64,000 bases of DNA from contig JAFSZU010000028.1 in assembly GCA_017455585.1 (NCBI GenBank), forward strand, positions 3,220 through 67,219, in the 5' to 3' direction. Position 1 is the stretch's first letter; the number at the start of each line of letters is the position of its first letter. The translations under genes and the position numbers were made by a program. Positions 12,325 through 21,710 of the stretch are shown here, in pieces. This DNA comes from Bacteroidaceae bacterium. Lineage in GTDB: Bacteria; Bacteroidota; Bacteroidia; Bacteroidales; Bacteroidaceae. The notes below the pieces were generated by a model. The model did not search any database. It was given only the letters and a program-made list of their open reading frames with translations, and was not told the DNA's origin.

Positions 12325-15216
12325 TTATTCTTTAGGAAGGGTTTTCCACGTGAGTCCGGGTTGCTCCTTGTCTTGCGGGATGAAGATGCTGAGGATGAGG
12401 GCAACGAGGACGCTGACGAGCATGGAGACGAAACCGAAGAGGAGGAAGTTGGCCTGGGTGCAGAAGTTCATATAGAAGACGGTGGCTGTGCCGCAGAGGA
12501 AACCGATGAGGGCGGCACGGGAACCGATGCGTGGGAAGAAGATGCCCATGAGGAAGAGGCCGCCGATGGCACCGCTGAGGAGACCGAGGATGGTGTTGAA
12601 GTAGTCGAGGAGCGACTGGATGTCCACGGTGGCCATCAACCAGGCGATGGCCATGCCGATGAGACCGGCACAGATACCGGCGATGCGGGCGGTGCGGACG
12701 GAGGAGGTGGAACCCTCGGGAACAGTGACAGGACGGCGGAGGGTTGTCCACTTCGACCATAAATCTACGGTAAAGGCGGTGGAGATAGAGTTGATGTTGG
12801 AGGCGATGGTGGACATCGTGGCGGCGAAGACGGCGGCGATGAGGAGACCGGCGAGTCCTGCGGGCAACTGGCTCATCATGAAGAAGGGGAAGATGGCATC
12901 GCCCTTGGCCATCGTGATGTCCAGCTCGGCGGGATGGGTTTTGAAGAAGGTGTAGAGACCTGTGCCGATGGTGAAGAAGGCGATGGTGACGATAACGGAC
13001 ATGAGGCCGTTGGTCAGGATGCCGCGGGCGGCACTCTTCTCGTCGGAGGTGGTCAGGTAGCGCTGGATGACGGTCTGGTCGCTGGTGTAGGAGATAAGGT
13101 TATTGGCCAGACCACCGAGGATGACCACCCACCACGTGGCATTGACGAAGTCGAAGGGATTTTCCGAATTGAAAAGGAAAAGGCGGAACTTGTCGTGATC
13201 GGTGGCTATCTGCCAGAAGTCCGAAGCACCATTGTCGCCTGTATTGACAATGAGATAGACGGCAGCCAAGATGGCACCGCCCACAAGGATAATTCCCTGA
13301 ATGACATCGCCCCAGACGACCGCTTCCACACCACCCATCGTACAGTAAAGGATGGTGATGAGAGCCATCAAGGCTATACAAATATAGATATTGATACCCG
13401 TAACAGCTGTCATCGCCAAGGACGGAAGGAAGAGCACGAGGGCTGTGCGCGCCACCATGAAGACGATGAAGAGGATGCTGGCCATGAGGCGCGTGGCGCT
13501 GTTGAAGCGGCGTTCCAGATATTCATAGGCGGTGGTCACGTTCAGGCGACGGAAGAAGGGCAAATAATATTTGATGACGGGGAAGGACACCAGCAGGATG
13601 CAGATCTGCATGGGGTAGTAAGTCCAGTCGGTGGCGTAGGCCTTGGCGGGGATACTCATATAGGTAATGGCAGAAAGCATGGTGGCGAAGATGCTGATGC
13701 CAGCCGCCCACCAGGGGATGCGGCCGCCGCCCTTGAAGAAGTCTTCAGAAGAATTCGAGGCGCGCTTCATGAAGTAGTAGCCCAGATAGACCATGCCTAA
13801 CAGGTAGAGGATGAGCACTGTCCAGTTCAACCAGCCGAAGTGGGCGGTGTAGGTGATATCCACGCGGGTGACATCGGAAGAGCGGACACCGGGTTTCTCC
13901 TCGCCGTTGATAACGAGGAGGGAGACGGCGGACGAACCGCCGCCCACAGAGCCCAAGGCAGACGATGGCATGGGCACCAGGCCAGCACCGGCACGGGCGA
14001 TGAGGGGGCTGTCAAAGACCTCGGCCCACGAATCGGTGACGGTATGATAGACAAGAATGCTGCGGCGGAACTGGTACCAGGCGGGTTGCTGGGTCATGTA
14101 ATAGTGCATTTCCTCGCGGAGGTTGGCCAGACGCTCTGCGGTCTGGGTGGTGTCTGAGAGGAGGGCTCCGCGCTGGAGAGCGCCTTCAAAGATGCGCTTG
14201 TTCACACCGCCGAAGCAGAGGATATGGGCGGCACCGGAGGGGATGGCAGAGGCACCGACCAAAGACCCCTCATCTCCCCGTAAGGGGAGACTTTCGTTTC
14301 CACTCGTCTTCACTGCGCAGCCACTCCCATCCCTTACGGGAGGAGTTTGGGGGTGGGTCTTTATCAGACTTGTCGCCAACCAATCTCCTTTCCTTGGGTC
14401 ATAATAAACACCGTTGGTGACAGCTTTCCCATAGCGAGGGTCATAGCCGCCGAGGAGGTAGAAGTTGCTGCCGATAGCGCCTTTCTGCACGGCTGCGGCA
14501 GGTTGCACGCGGGCAGGGCCTGGCATATCGGGCAGCTCTTCCCAGGCAGCTCCTGTCTGTGTGTCGAACCAGGCAGAGGGTAGCGGCCATTTCAGGCGGA
14601 AGGCCTTGTGGTTGGCTACTCCATTGTGCAGACCACCAGCGATATAGATAAAGCCATCACCGTAGGCGGCAGCGAAGTTGTCGAGAGAAACAGGCAATGA
14701 TGGCAAATCCCGGCTAATGGCCTCGCCACTCGTTCCAAGGGTCAGGAGAACTGCAAAGTCCTCGCTCTTCTTACCGTCTGCCGTGCCGCCCAAACAGACA
14801 ACACCCTCGGACGTGGTGACGCTGGCACCGTAGGCTAACGCACAAGGCAGGGAGCCGGCACGCCACCAATAAGTGTCAGAATCTGAAAGGCTTATTGCAT
14901 AAATGTCTGTGTAGAAGACCTTTTGGCCACCCTCAGATGCTGGGATGTCTGGGAAGTTGCAGCCACCAGCCACCAAAACACGGTTGAAAGGCATCAAGAA
15001 ATCTTTTGGAACAAACCCAGCAAAGGAACCACTCACGCCCTGACCGCCAAATGCAGAGAGAGCCGGGACGGGAGTGAAGGAAGCGTTGTTGAAGCGGTGG
15101 GAAGACCTGCCCCCCTGCCCCTCCCTTGTAGGGAGAGGAGTAGAATCATTTGCAAATGAGAAACTTGATAGGAGAATCGCCAAAGCGAAAAGAGACATGA
15201 TTTTTTTCATAATCAC
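12325..15216 (-). CDS. fusion protein: N-terminal Kelch-type cyclically-permuted mutarotase (NanM-like) + C-terminal sodium:solute symporter (SSS family)
   Basis: 963 aa. Residues ~1-450 carry signal-peptide and Kelch-like blocks (VLVAGGCNFPD.., FIYIAGG, FYLLGGY, ILCFGGV). Residues ~455-963 are polytopic SSS-like (FFKGGGRIPWWAAGISIFATMLSAITYMSIPAKAY). Confidence 0.75.
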   Translation of the reverse strand: MIMKKIMSLFALAILLSSFSFANDSTPLPTREGQGGRSSHRFNNASFTPVPALSAFGGQGVSGSFAGFVPKDFLMPFNRVLVAGGCNFPDIPASEGGQKVFYTDIYAISLSDSDTYWWRAGSLPCALAYGASVTTSEGVVCLGGTADGKKSEDFAVLLTLGTSGEAISRDLPSLPVSLDNFAAAYGDGFIYIAGGLHNGVANHKAFRLKWPLPSAWFDTQTGAAWEELPDMPGPARVQPAAAVQKGAIGSNFYLLGGYDPRYGKAVTNGVYYDPRKGDWLATSLIKTHPQTPPVRDGSGCAVKTSGNESLPLRGDEGSLVGASAIPSGAAHILCFGGVNKRIFEGALQRGALLSDTTQTAERLANLREEMHYYMTQQPAWYQFRRSILVYHTVTDSWAEVFDSPLIARAGAGLVPMPSSALGSVGGGSSAVSLLVINGEEKPGVRSSDVTRVDITYTAHFGWLNWTVLILYLLGMVYLGYYFMKRASNSSEDFFKGGGRIPWWAAGISIFATMLSAITYMSIPAKAYATDWTYYPMQICILLVSFPVIKYYLPFFRRLNVTTAYEYLERRFNSATRLMASILFIVFMVARTALVLFLPSLAMTAVTGINIYICIALMALITILYCTMGGVEAVVWGDVIQGIILVGGAILAAVYLIVNTGDNGASDFWQIATDHDKFRLFLFNSENPFDFVNATWWVVILGGLANNLISYTSDQTVIQRYLTTSDEKSAARGILTNGLMSVIVTIAFFTIGTGLYTFFKTHPAELDITMAKGDAIFPFFMMSQLPAGLAGLLIAAVFAATMSTIASNINSISTAFTVDLWSKWTTLRRPVTVPEGSTSSVRTARIAGICAGLIGMAIAWLMATVDIQSLLDYFNTILGLLSGAIGGLFLMGIFFPRIGSRAALIGFLCGTATVFYMNFCTQANFLLFGFVSMLVSVLVALILSIFIPQDKEQPGLTWKTLPKE
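12709..12732. repeat. PEG box in SSS-transporter CDS
   Basis: GGAACCCTCGGGAACAGTGACAGG. Encodes RPVTVPEGST. Confidence 0.7.
14263..14360. repeat. GC-rich hairpin element, double-ended copy, inside NanM::SSS CDS
   Basis: AGACCCCTCATCTCCCCGTAAGGGGAGA ... CTGCGCAGCCACTCCCATCCCTTACGGGAGGAGTTTGGGGGTGGGTCT. Confidence 0.8.
15103..15143. repeat. GC-rich hairpin element in NanM::SSS N-terminus
   Basis: AGACCTGCCCCCCTGCCCCTCCCTTGTAGGGAGAGGAGTAG. Confidence 0.7.
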
Positions 15217-15233
15217 TCTTTTAATAAGGTTAC

Positions 15234-15270
15234 TACTCCCCTCGGCTCTTGGAGAGGTGGGGGTGAGGCT
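15234..15270. repeat. GC-rich hairpin element, intergenic (nanA / transporter)
   Basis: CTACTCCCCTCGGCTCTTGGAGAGGTGGGGGTGAGGCT. Confidence 0.65.
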
Positions 15271-15295
15271 TGAAGAGGCTTAGTAGAGGCTTCTA

Positions 15296-16243
15296 TTACT
15301 TATTGCAGTGGTTGAAGAAGTCGATGGCTTCGAGCTCGGCTTTCAGGCGGGCTTCCTCTTCGGGAGTGATGTTCTGAAAGGGTGTGCGGTTGGGACCCAA
15401 GTCGAGGCCGATGAGCTTCATGATGCGCTTGCCGCCGACAATGTTGCCGCGGAAGTGGCAAATGACATCGATGACGTCCTGCGCGTAGTTCTGCAAGGAA
15501 CGGGCCTTCTCCAGATCACCTTCTTCCCAGGCCTTGATGATGCCCGTGAGGCAGCGTCCGTTGTAGTTGGTGGTGCCGCCGATGCCGCCCTGTGCGCCGC
15601 CCATGGCAAGGCACGGAAGGATGGTCTCGTCCTGACCGTGCAGCATGTCGAACTTACCGTCCTTATATCGGCGGCAGCGGTTGTACTCGTAGAGGCTCTC
15701 AAACGTATATTTGATGCCGGCAAAGTTGGGAATGCGGCCATCCACGGCTTGCAAGAAGTCATACATGGAGAGGAAGGCACCGTTGAACGCTGGGATGTGG
15801 TAGAAATAGAAGGGAAGCTTGGGTGCTCCACAAGCGATTTCCTCGCAGTACTTCACCAGTTCCTCGATGCGTCCCACCTTGGGGAAGGGAGGTGCCATGG
15901 CGCCGATGCCGAAGGCTCCGATGGCCTGTGCGTGCTCGGCGAGGTTGCGGCTGCTGCGGACGCAGGTGCTGCCCACGTGAACGATGACCTTGAAGCCCTC
16001 GGGAGAACCTTCGGGAATAGTAACGGGAAGTTTTTTCACGGCATCCATCCACGCCTCGGCGATGGCCTTGCGCTCGTCCTCGGTGAGCATATAGCCCTCT
16101 CCGCTGGAGCCGTTGATAAACACACCTTTAAGACCATTGCGCTGAAGCAATGCTGCATACTGTGGGATAACAGACAGGTTGATGCTGCCGTCGGCGTGCA
16201 TCGGGGTAAATGGGGCGTCAATGAGACCTTTGATTTTTTCCAT
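15296..16243 (-). CDS. nanA: N-acetylneuraminate lyase (DHDPS/NAL family)
   Basis: GLIDAPFTPMHADGSINL..GVFINGSSGEGYMLTEDERKAI..VIVHVGS..YFYHIPAFNG is typical of the NAL family. The adjacent AGE and transporter genes support the call. Confidence 0.85.
   Translation of the reverse strand: MEKIKGLIDAPFTPMHADGSINLSVIPQYAALLQRNGLKGVFINGSSGEGYMLTEDERKAIAEAWMDAVKKLPVTIPEGSPEGFKVIVHVGSTCVRSSRNLAEHAQAIGAFGIGAMAPPFPKVGRIEELVKYCEEIACGAPKLPFYFYHIPAFNGAFLSMYDFLQAVDGRIPNFAGIKYTFESLYEYNRCRRYKDGKFDMLHGQDETILPCLAMGGAQGGIGGTTNYNGRCLTGIIKAWEEGDLEKARSLQNYAQDVIDVICHFRGNIVGGKRIMKLIGLDLGPNRTPFQNITPEEEARLKAELEAIDFFNHCNK
15995..16027. repeat. PEG box (double) in nanA CDS
   Basis: GCCCTCGGGAGAACCTTCGGGAATAGTAACGGG. 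Encodes LPVTIPEGSPEG. Confidence 0.7.
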
Positions 16244-16304
16244 TCTATAAGTTAGTTAGAGGGTTGATTGTATTTTTGGTTTGACGATTTCGGATGGATG
16301 CTTC

Positions 16305-17273
16305 CTAATTGACGACATGGATGGGCTGGCCATTCATGAATGCCACGAGGTTCTGTGTGGCGATGGTGATGAGGCGTTGACGCGCCTCGCGGGTGGCCCA
16401 TGCGATGTGTGGTGTCATGTAACAACGCGGTGCCGATAACAGGGGATTGTTTGTTGCCGGCGGTTCGGTGGAGAGTACATCGGCGCAGTAGGCCGCAAGG
16501 CGGTTCTGCTGCAATGCTGTGGCCACCGCCTCCTCGTTCACCAGGGGGCCGCGCCCCGTGTTGATGAGGATGGCTGTCGGCTTCATACAGGCTAACGTTG
16601 TGGCATTGATCATCTCGCGGGTATTCGGGGTGAGAGGACAATGCAGGGAGAGAACGTCGGCCTTCTGTAGTACCGTTTCCCATTCTGCTTTCTCCACACC
16701 AACGGGCAATATCTCTGGCGGCCTGGAGGTCACCGCCAACACTTTCATGCCGAAAGCCAGGGCAATACGTGCCACGGCGGAACCGATATTCCCGAGTCCA
16801 AAGATGCCCAAGGTCTTGCCTGTCAACTCAGTAAGCGGCGTGTCTGACCATGTGAAGTCGGGTGTCGATGGCCAGCGCTGACGGTTTTCGGCATAATGTG
16901 CCACGCTGTTTGTGACATTGAGCAGATGGGCAAACACGAGTTGTGCCACAGAATCTGTGCTATAAGCTGGGATGTTCGTCACCACGACGCCGCGTTGTCG
17001 GGCCGCTGCACAGTCAACCACATTATAGCCTGTTGCCAACACGCCGATGTAACGGAGGTGGGGGAGAGCCGTGAGCAATTCTGCTGTCAGCACCACCTTG
17101 TTCGTCAGCACGGCCTCTGCGTCTTGGCAGCGGTCCAGGGTTTCCTCGGGGCGGGTGCGGTCATAGGCCGTCACTTCCACATCAGGACATGACTTCGAGA
17201 GTTCTGTCTTCAAGTTTTGCCAGTTCAGGTCGTGCTGGATGACGGAATAGCCGTCGAGAATAGCAATCTTCAT
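16305..17273 (-). CDS. D-isomer-specific 2-hydroxyacid dehydrogenase (glycerate dehydrogenase-like)
   Basis: NAD-binding LGIFGLGNIGSAVARIA, then LINTGRGPLVNEEA and MTPHIAWATREA. Confidence 0.8.
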   Translation of the reverse strand: MKIAILDGYSVIQHDLNWQNLKTELSKSCPDVEVTAYDRTRPEETLDRCQDAEAVLTNKVVLTAELLTALPHLRYIGVLATGYNVVDCAAARQRGVVVTNIPAYSTDSVAQLVFAHLLNVTNSVAHYAENRQRWPSTPDFTWSDTPLTELTGKTLGIFGLGNIGSAVARIALAFGMKVLAVTSRPPEILPVGVEKAEWETVLQKADVLSLHCPLTPNTREMINATTLACMKPTAILINTGRGPLVNEEAVATALQQNRLAAYCADVLSTEPPATNNPLLSAPRCYMTPHIAWATREARQRLITIATQNLVAFMNGQPIHVVN

Positions 17274-17278
17274 TGGGC

Positions 17279-18124
17279 TTACTGTTTGATGGTGCGGATG
17301 GTGACTCGCTTGATGCAGACTGGTTTGCGGGGATGTTCTTTGGCATCTACGGGTGTACGTCCGATGCGGAGCGCAATGGGCATTCCCTCTACCACTTCAC
17401 CGAAAACCGTGTATTCGCCATCCAGATGGGGTGCCCCGCCCACGCGGGCATAGGTTTGTTTCTGCTGTTCATTGAAGGGACGTGGCGGATTGGCTGCCAG
17501 CGTTTCCTCGGCCTCGACTTGTAATTGGCTGAGGAGCGTCTGCTGGGCAGCACGGTCTGTGATGCGCAGACGTTCCAGTTCGTCGGCATGTTCCTGCTGG
17601 AGCCGCTCAAAGAGGGCTTGCACTTTTCCCTCATAGAGCAACACTTGCAGTTCTGCCAAGTCGGCCGAAGTCTGCTTCTTGCCCGTGACGATATACCACT
17701 GCAAGTCGCTGGATGCCCTTCCGGGATTGATACTGTCTGGCTCGCGTGCCATAGCCAGCGCTCCCTGTTTGTGGAAATGACGGGGATAGACAATCTCGGC
17801 GGGGATAGTATGAGCGGGCTGTTTGACCGTTTCAGCGGTTGTCTCTCGTCTGCCATCCACTTTCAGGGTGGTGTCGCCCGCCTGGATGACCATGTCCGGC
17901 ACAATGCGATTGAAGAGGATGCCATTATATGCTCCGGCTTCAGCGTTCTTGATGAAATTGTCGCGATGCAGCGGTGTGTCATCATAGAGGCGCAGACGGA
18001 TGTCGCCCTCCGAGGTTTCTATCAGTACTTCGGTACTGCCGATGGCGGCATATTTATCCCGACAGGCTGTTAGGATGCAGAGCATCACCAACAGAACCAC
18101 GTTCTGAGTCTTCAAGATATTCAT
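17279..18124 (-). CDS. peptidyl-prolyl cis-trans isomerase, cyclophilin type (secreted)
   Basis: FNRIVPDMVIQAGD and GEYTVFGEVVEGMPIALRI are cyclophilin signatures. N-terminal signal/lipobox LTAC. Confidence 0.8.
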   Translation of the reverse strand: MNILKTQNVVLLVMLCILTACRDKYAAIGSTEVLIETSEGDIRLRLYDDTPLHRDNFIKNAEAGAYNGILFNRIVPDMVIQAGDTTLKVDGRRETTAETVKQPAHTIPAEIVYPRHFHKQGALAMAREPDSINPGRASSDLQWYIVTGKKQTSADLAELQVLLYEGKVQALFERLQQEHADELERLRITDRAAQQTLLSQLQVEAEETLAANPPRPFNEQQKQTYARVGGAPHLDGEYTVFGEVVEGMPIALRIGRTPVDAKEHPRKPVCIKRVTIRTIKQ

Positions 18125-18139
18125 GTGTTGACATCATCT

Positions 18140-19033
18140 TTAATACTTGATGTTCAAATCCCGCAGAATGGCCGAGATCTGCTCCATCGTGGTCAGGCGT
18201 GTGGGCACAAGGGGGAGTCGCAACTGGTTCTCGATCATTCCCATGGCGTGAAGCATGGCTTTCACACCGGCAGGGTTGCCATCGACGAAGAGGAGTTTGA
18301 AGAGTTCGGCAAACTTGTGGTGGATGTGCAGGGCCGAGGCGTAGTCACCGCCCAAGGCCAGACGCACCATGCGGCTGAACTCGCGGGGCAGGGCGTTGCC
18401 TATCACCGAGATGACGCCCACGGCACCAAGGGTGATGAGGGGGAAGGTGATGCCGTCGTCGCCGGAGATGACATCGAAGCCGTCGGGCTTGTTCTTGATG
18501 ATGTCATCCATCTGGGTGATATTGCCGCTGGCTTCCTTGATGGCCACGATATTCTCCAAGTCACGTGCCAGACGCAAGGTGGTCTCGGCGGTCATGTTCA
18601 CGCCCGTGCGCCCGGGTACATTATATAATACTACGGGCACGGGCGAGGCTTCGGCAATGGCACGGAAATGCTGGTAGAGTCCTTCCTGCGACGGCTTGTT
18701 ATACATGGGGCAGACGCTCAACACGCCGTCGATGCCTGTCCAGTCGGTCGCCTGTAACTCGTTGACCACGGCCGTGGTGCAGTTGCCGCCGCAGCCCATC
18801 AACAGGGGTACACGCCCGGCCACACGCTCCACCAGCAATGCCTTCAGCCATCGTTTCTCGTCGGCGGTCAGGCAGGGCGTCTCGGCGGTGGTGCCCATGA
18901 TGCACAGGAAATCGGCCCCGTTCTTGATTTGGTATTCGACTAATCGGATGAGGGCATCGGTGTCAATGGTGCCGTCGGCCTTGAAAGGTGTGACGAGCGC
19001 GATACCCAGACCCTTGAACTTATTTTGTGCCAT
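18140..19033 (-). CDS. dapA: 4-hydroxy-tetrahydrodipicolinate synthase
   Basis: Re-started at ATG 19033 (MAQNKFKGLGIALVTPFKADGTIDTDAL...GTTAETPCLT...). The longer track ORF adds an Arg/Ser-rich non-homologous extension. Confidence 0.85.
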   Translation of the reverse strand: MAQNKFKGLGIALVTPFKADGTIDTDALIRLVEYQIKNGADFLCIMGTTAETPCLTADEKRWLKALLVERVAGRVPLLMGCGGNCTTAVVNELQATDWTGIDGVLSVCPMYNKPSQEGLYQHFRAIAEASPVPVVLYNVPGRTGVNMTAETTLRLARDLENIVAIKEASGNITQMDDIIKNKPDGFDVISGDDGITFPLITLGAVGVISVIGNALPREFSRMVRLALGGDYASALHIHHKFAELFKLLFVDGNPAGVKAMLHAMGMIENQLRLPLVPTRLTTMEQISAILRDLNIKY

Positions 19034-19049
19034 TGTGTGTCGTGTGTGT

Positions 19050-19520
19050 TTATGCCTTCTTGAAGAAGTAGATGAAGGTGGCAATGCCCTCGAGGGCGGT
19101 CTTGCCCGTCTCCTTGATTTCAATCTTGAAATGGATGCTCATGCGGATGGCACCGCGCAAGTTGGCCAGTGCCTCCATGCTGGTGGTCATGCGGACGCTC
19201 TGCCCCGAGAGTACAGGCTGCCCGAACTTCATCTTGTCCATGCCATAGTTCACCAGACGTTCCAGGTTGTTCACCTGAATAATCTGATCCCACAGGTGGG
19301 GCAGGAGAGAGAGGGTGAGATAGCCGTGGGCAATGGTCTGGCCGAAAGGGCTCTCTGTCTTGCAGCGTTCCTCGTCCACGTGAATCCACTGGTGGTCCAG
19401 CGTGGCGTCGGCAAACATGTTGATGCGGTCCTGCGGAATGTCCACGTAGTCAGAGGTGCCAATCTCTTTTCCCAGCAGACGCTCGAAGTCTTCGTAACAG
19501 TTAATAATCACTTTGCTCAT
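19050..19520 (-). CDS. MaoC-like (R)-hydratase / hotdog-fold protein
   Basis: Re-started at ATG 19520 (MSKVIINCYEDFERLLGKEIGTSDYVDIPQDRINMFADATLDHQWIHVDEERC..FGQTIAHGYLTLSL). This matches the MaoC dehydratase motif region. Confidence 0.7.
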   Translation of the reverse strand: MSKVIINCYEDFERLLGKEIGTSDYVDIPQDRINMFADATLDHQWIHVDEERCKTESPFGQTIAHGYLTLSLLPHLWDQIIQVNNLERLVNYGMDKMKFGQPVLSGQSVRMTTSMEALANLRGAIRMSIHFKIEIKETGKTALEGIATFIYFFKKA

Positions 19521-19649
19521 TGTTGCACTCTGTTTTATTTCGCCACAAAAGTACTGCTTTTTGTCCAAATATATGCTATCTTTCACGCTTTTTTGCAAAA
19601 ATACTTGTTCCTTCGCGTGATTTCGTGTAATTTTGCACGCCGAAGGACA

Positions 19650-19750
19650 TGCAATTGGACAATTGGACAAAATACAATTGGACAGTTGCTCCGTCATAAA
19701 GTTGCGTAATCGTGTATTTGTGCAATCGTCAAATTGTGCAATCGTCAAAT
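19650..19750. repeat. short tandem repeats in MaoC-kdsA spacer
   Basis: CAATTGGAC x3 and TGTGCAATCGTCAAAT x2. Confidence 0.6.
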
Positions 19751-19756
19751 ATATAA

Positions 19757-20530
19757 ATGTCAAATAAAACCGTGAAGCCATTATTCATTGCCGGCCCCTG
19801 TGTCATCGAGAATGCCGACGTCCTGGACGTCGTTGCCACAGCGTTGAGCCGTCTGCAGAAGCTATATGACCTTGATGTTTATTTCAAGGCATCGTTTGAC
19901 AAAGCCAACCGCACCAGTCTCTCTTCCTATCGGGGCCCGGGCATGGAGCGTGGGCTGCAGATGCTGTCCGATGTGCGCCAGCGCCATGGGCTGCGCCTGT
20001 TGACAGACATTCATGAAGCGTGGCAGGCTGCACCCGTGGCAGAGGTCGTGGATGTGCTGCAGATTCCTGCTTTCCTCTGCCGACAGACCGACCTGCTGGT
20101 GGCCGCAGCCCGCACAGGGCGCATCGTGAATATCAAGAAAGCACAGTTCCTTTCGGGGTTGGATATGCAGTATCCCGTGGAGAAGGCGCGCCAGAGCGGA
20201 GCCGCCGACGTGTGGCTCACCGAACGCGGCAACTCCTTTGGCTACAACAATCTGGTGGTGGATTTCCGCAATATCCCCGACATGCTGCGCTGGACACCGC
20301 GTGTCATCATGGACTGCACACACAGCGTGCAGCGGCCGGGAGCCGCCGGCGGCAAGACGGGCGGAAATCGTGAGTTCGTGCCGTCCATGGCCTTGGCAGC
20401 CAAGGCTTTCGGTGCCAACGGCTATTTCTTTGAGACGCATCCCGACCCCGACCACGCGCTGTCCGACGGGCCAAACATGCTTCAACTGAGCGACTTGGAA
20501 GCTGTCATCAAGAGTTTGATAAGTAGGTGA
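19757..20530 (+). CDS. kdsA: 3-deoxy-8-phosphooctulonate synthase
   Basis: FIAGPCVIEN..YFKASFDKANRTS..GPG...QIPAFLCRQTDLL..VNIKKAQF..TERG is the classical KdsA sequence. Confidence 0.9.
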   Translation: MSNKTVKPLFIAGPCVIENADVLDVVATALSRLQKLYDLDVYFKASFDKANRTSLSSYRGPGMERGLQMLSDVRQRHGLRLLTDIHEAWQAAPVAEVVDVLQIPAFLCRQTDLLVAAARTGRIVNIKKAQFLSGLDMQYPVEKARQSGAADVWLTERGNSFGYNNLVVDFRNIPDMLRWTPRVIMDCTHSVQRPGAAGGKTGGNREFVPSMALAAKAFGANGYFFETHPDPDHALSDGPNMLQLSDLEAVIKSLISR

Positions 20531-20548
20531 ACACAATTATCTTATATA

Positions 20549-20673
20549 AACCACAGATTACACAGATTACACGGATTATAGTCCTTTCCAATATAGAGAA
20601 TCTGTGAAATTCAGATAACAGTTACACAGATTAGAAGCAGTAAAGAATCTGTTTAATCTGTGCAATCTGTGGT
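20549..20673. mobile_element. MITE-like element with CACAGATT-repeat terminal inverted repeats (short form)
   Basis: Left AACCACAGATTACACAGATTACACGGATTA. Right GAATCTGTTTAATCTGTGCAATCTGTGGTT. Sits in the kdsA-kdsD spacer. Confidence 0.75.
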
Positions 20674-20695
20674 TCTTGTTAGAAACTAATTAAGT

Positions 20696-21655
20696 ATGAT
20701 CAATCATATCAATGTGAGGGACGTGGCGGTGCAGTGTCTGCGTGACGAGGCCGATGCCATCCTGCAGCTGATCCCGCAATTAGACGACTCCTTCGACCAT
20801 GTGGTGGAGCTGATTCTGCGCTGTCAGGGCAAGGTCATCGTCACCGGTGTGGGCAAGAGCGGCCACGTGGGTGCCAAGATTGCAGCCACACTGGCCAGCA
20901 CCGGCACGCCGGCTTTCTATATCAACCCGCTCGATGCCTATCATGGTGACCTGGGCATGATCACCCGTGCCGACATCGTGCTGGCCATCTCCAACAGCGG
21001 ACAGACCGACGAGTTGCTGCGCTTCATCCCGCAGCTGCGTGACCAGGGGGTGACGCTCGTCGGCATCTCCGGCAACGCCGACTCCCTGCTGGCCCGCAAC
21101 AGCGACCTGCATCTGCTGGTGCATGTGGATCACGAGGCCTGCCCGCTGAATCTGGCTCCCACCAGCAGCACCACGGCCCAGCTGGCCTTCGGCGATGCGC
21201 TGGCCATCGCCCTGATGCGTGTCCGCGGTTTCCAAGCCCGCGACTTCGCACAGTTCCACCCCGGCGGTTCGCTGGGACGGCGGCTGCTCACCACGGCTCG
21301 TGACATCATGCGCACCGACGACCTGCCCACGTGCTCCCTGCAAACGCCACTCTCCGAGGCCGTCATCCTCGTCAGCCGCTCCCGTCTGGGACTTGTCGTG
21401 CCTGTGCAGAACGGTGTTGTCCAGGGCATCATCACCGATGGCGATGTGCGCCGCGCCATGGAACGTCTGCAGGAACGATTCTTCAGCGTCACGGTGGAAG
21501 AGGTGATGACGCGCACCCCAAAATGTGTTCCGGCAGATATGAAAATCAGCGATATCCAGCGTCTCATGCACAAGAACAAGATACACGCCGTCCTCATCAC
21601 CGACCAGCAGAGGCACCTCATCGGCATCGTGGATTCCTTCAGCTGCATGATATAA
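20696..21655 (+). CDS. kdsD: arabinose-5-phosphate isomerase (KpsF/GutQ family: SIS + tandem CBS)
   Basis: SIS block GKVIVTGVGKSGHVGAKIAATLASTGTPAFY..ISNSGQTDE, with a C-terminal CBS pair. It lies adjacent to kdsA. Confidence 0.85.
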   Translation: MINHINVRDVAVQCLRDEADAILQLIPQLDDSFDHVVELILRCQGKVIVTGVGKSGHVGAKIAATLASTGTPAFYINPLDAYHGDLGMITRADIVLAISNSGQTDELLRFIPQLRDQGVTLVGISGNADSLLARNSDLHLLVHVDHEACPLNLAPTSSTTAQLAFGDALAIALMRVRGFQARDFAQFHPGGSLGRRLLTTARDIMRTDDLPTCSLQTPLSEAVILVSRSRLGLVVPVQNGVVQGIITDGDVRRAMERLQERFFSVTVEEVMTRTPKCVPADMKISDIQRLMHKNKIHAVLITDQQRHLIGIVDSFSCMI

Positions 21656-21673
21656 GGGTGCGACTGCGTCGCA

Positions 21674-21710
21674 GTTTAAGGTTTAAAAGTTTAAGGTTTA
21701 AAGTTGAAAG
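21674..21710. repeat. AT-rich tandem repeat (GTTTAAGG-like) upstream of cls
   Basis: gtttaaggtttaaaagtttaaggtttaaagttgaaagg. Confidence 0.6.

Noticed and set aside
15308-16255. 315-aa plus-strand ORF that exactly mirrors nanA.
   Set aside because: It is an antisense shadow. The minus-strand frame carries unmistakable N-acetylneuraminate lyase motifs.
18140-19123. Long N-terminal extensions in the supplied ORFs. Examples are dapA, MaoC (19050-19781), panB (49981), HAD (50080), cstA (58467), the flavoprotein (51720), DUF3078 (44101) and the sensor (62332).
   Set aside because: The track starts at the first ATG, TTG or GTG after a stop. Homology-type N-termini, signal peptides and promoter boxes indicate downstream ATG starts, and the extensions have atypical composition.
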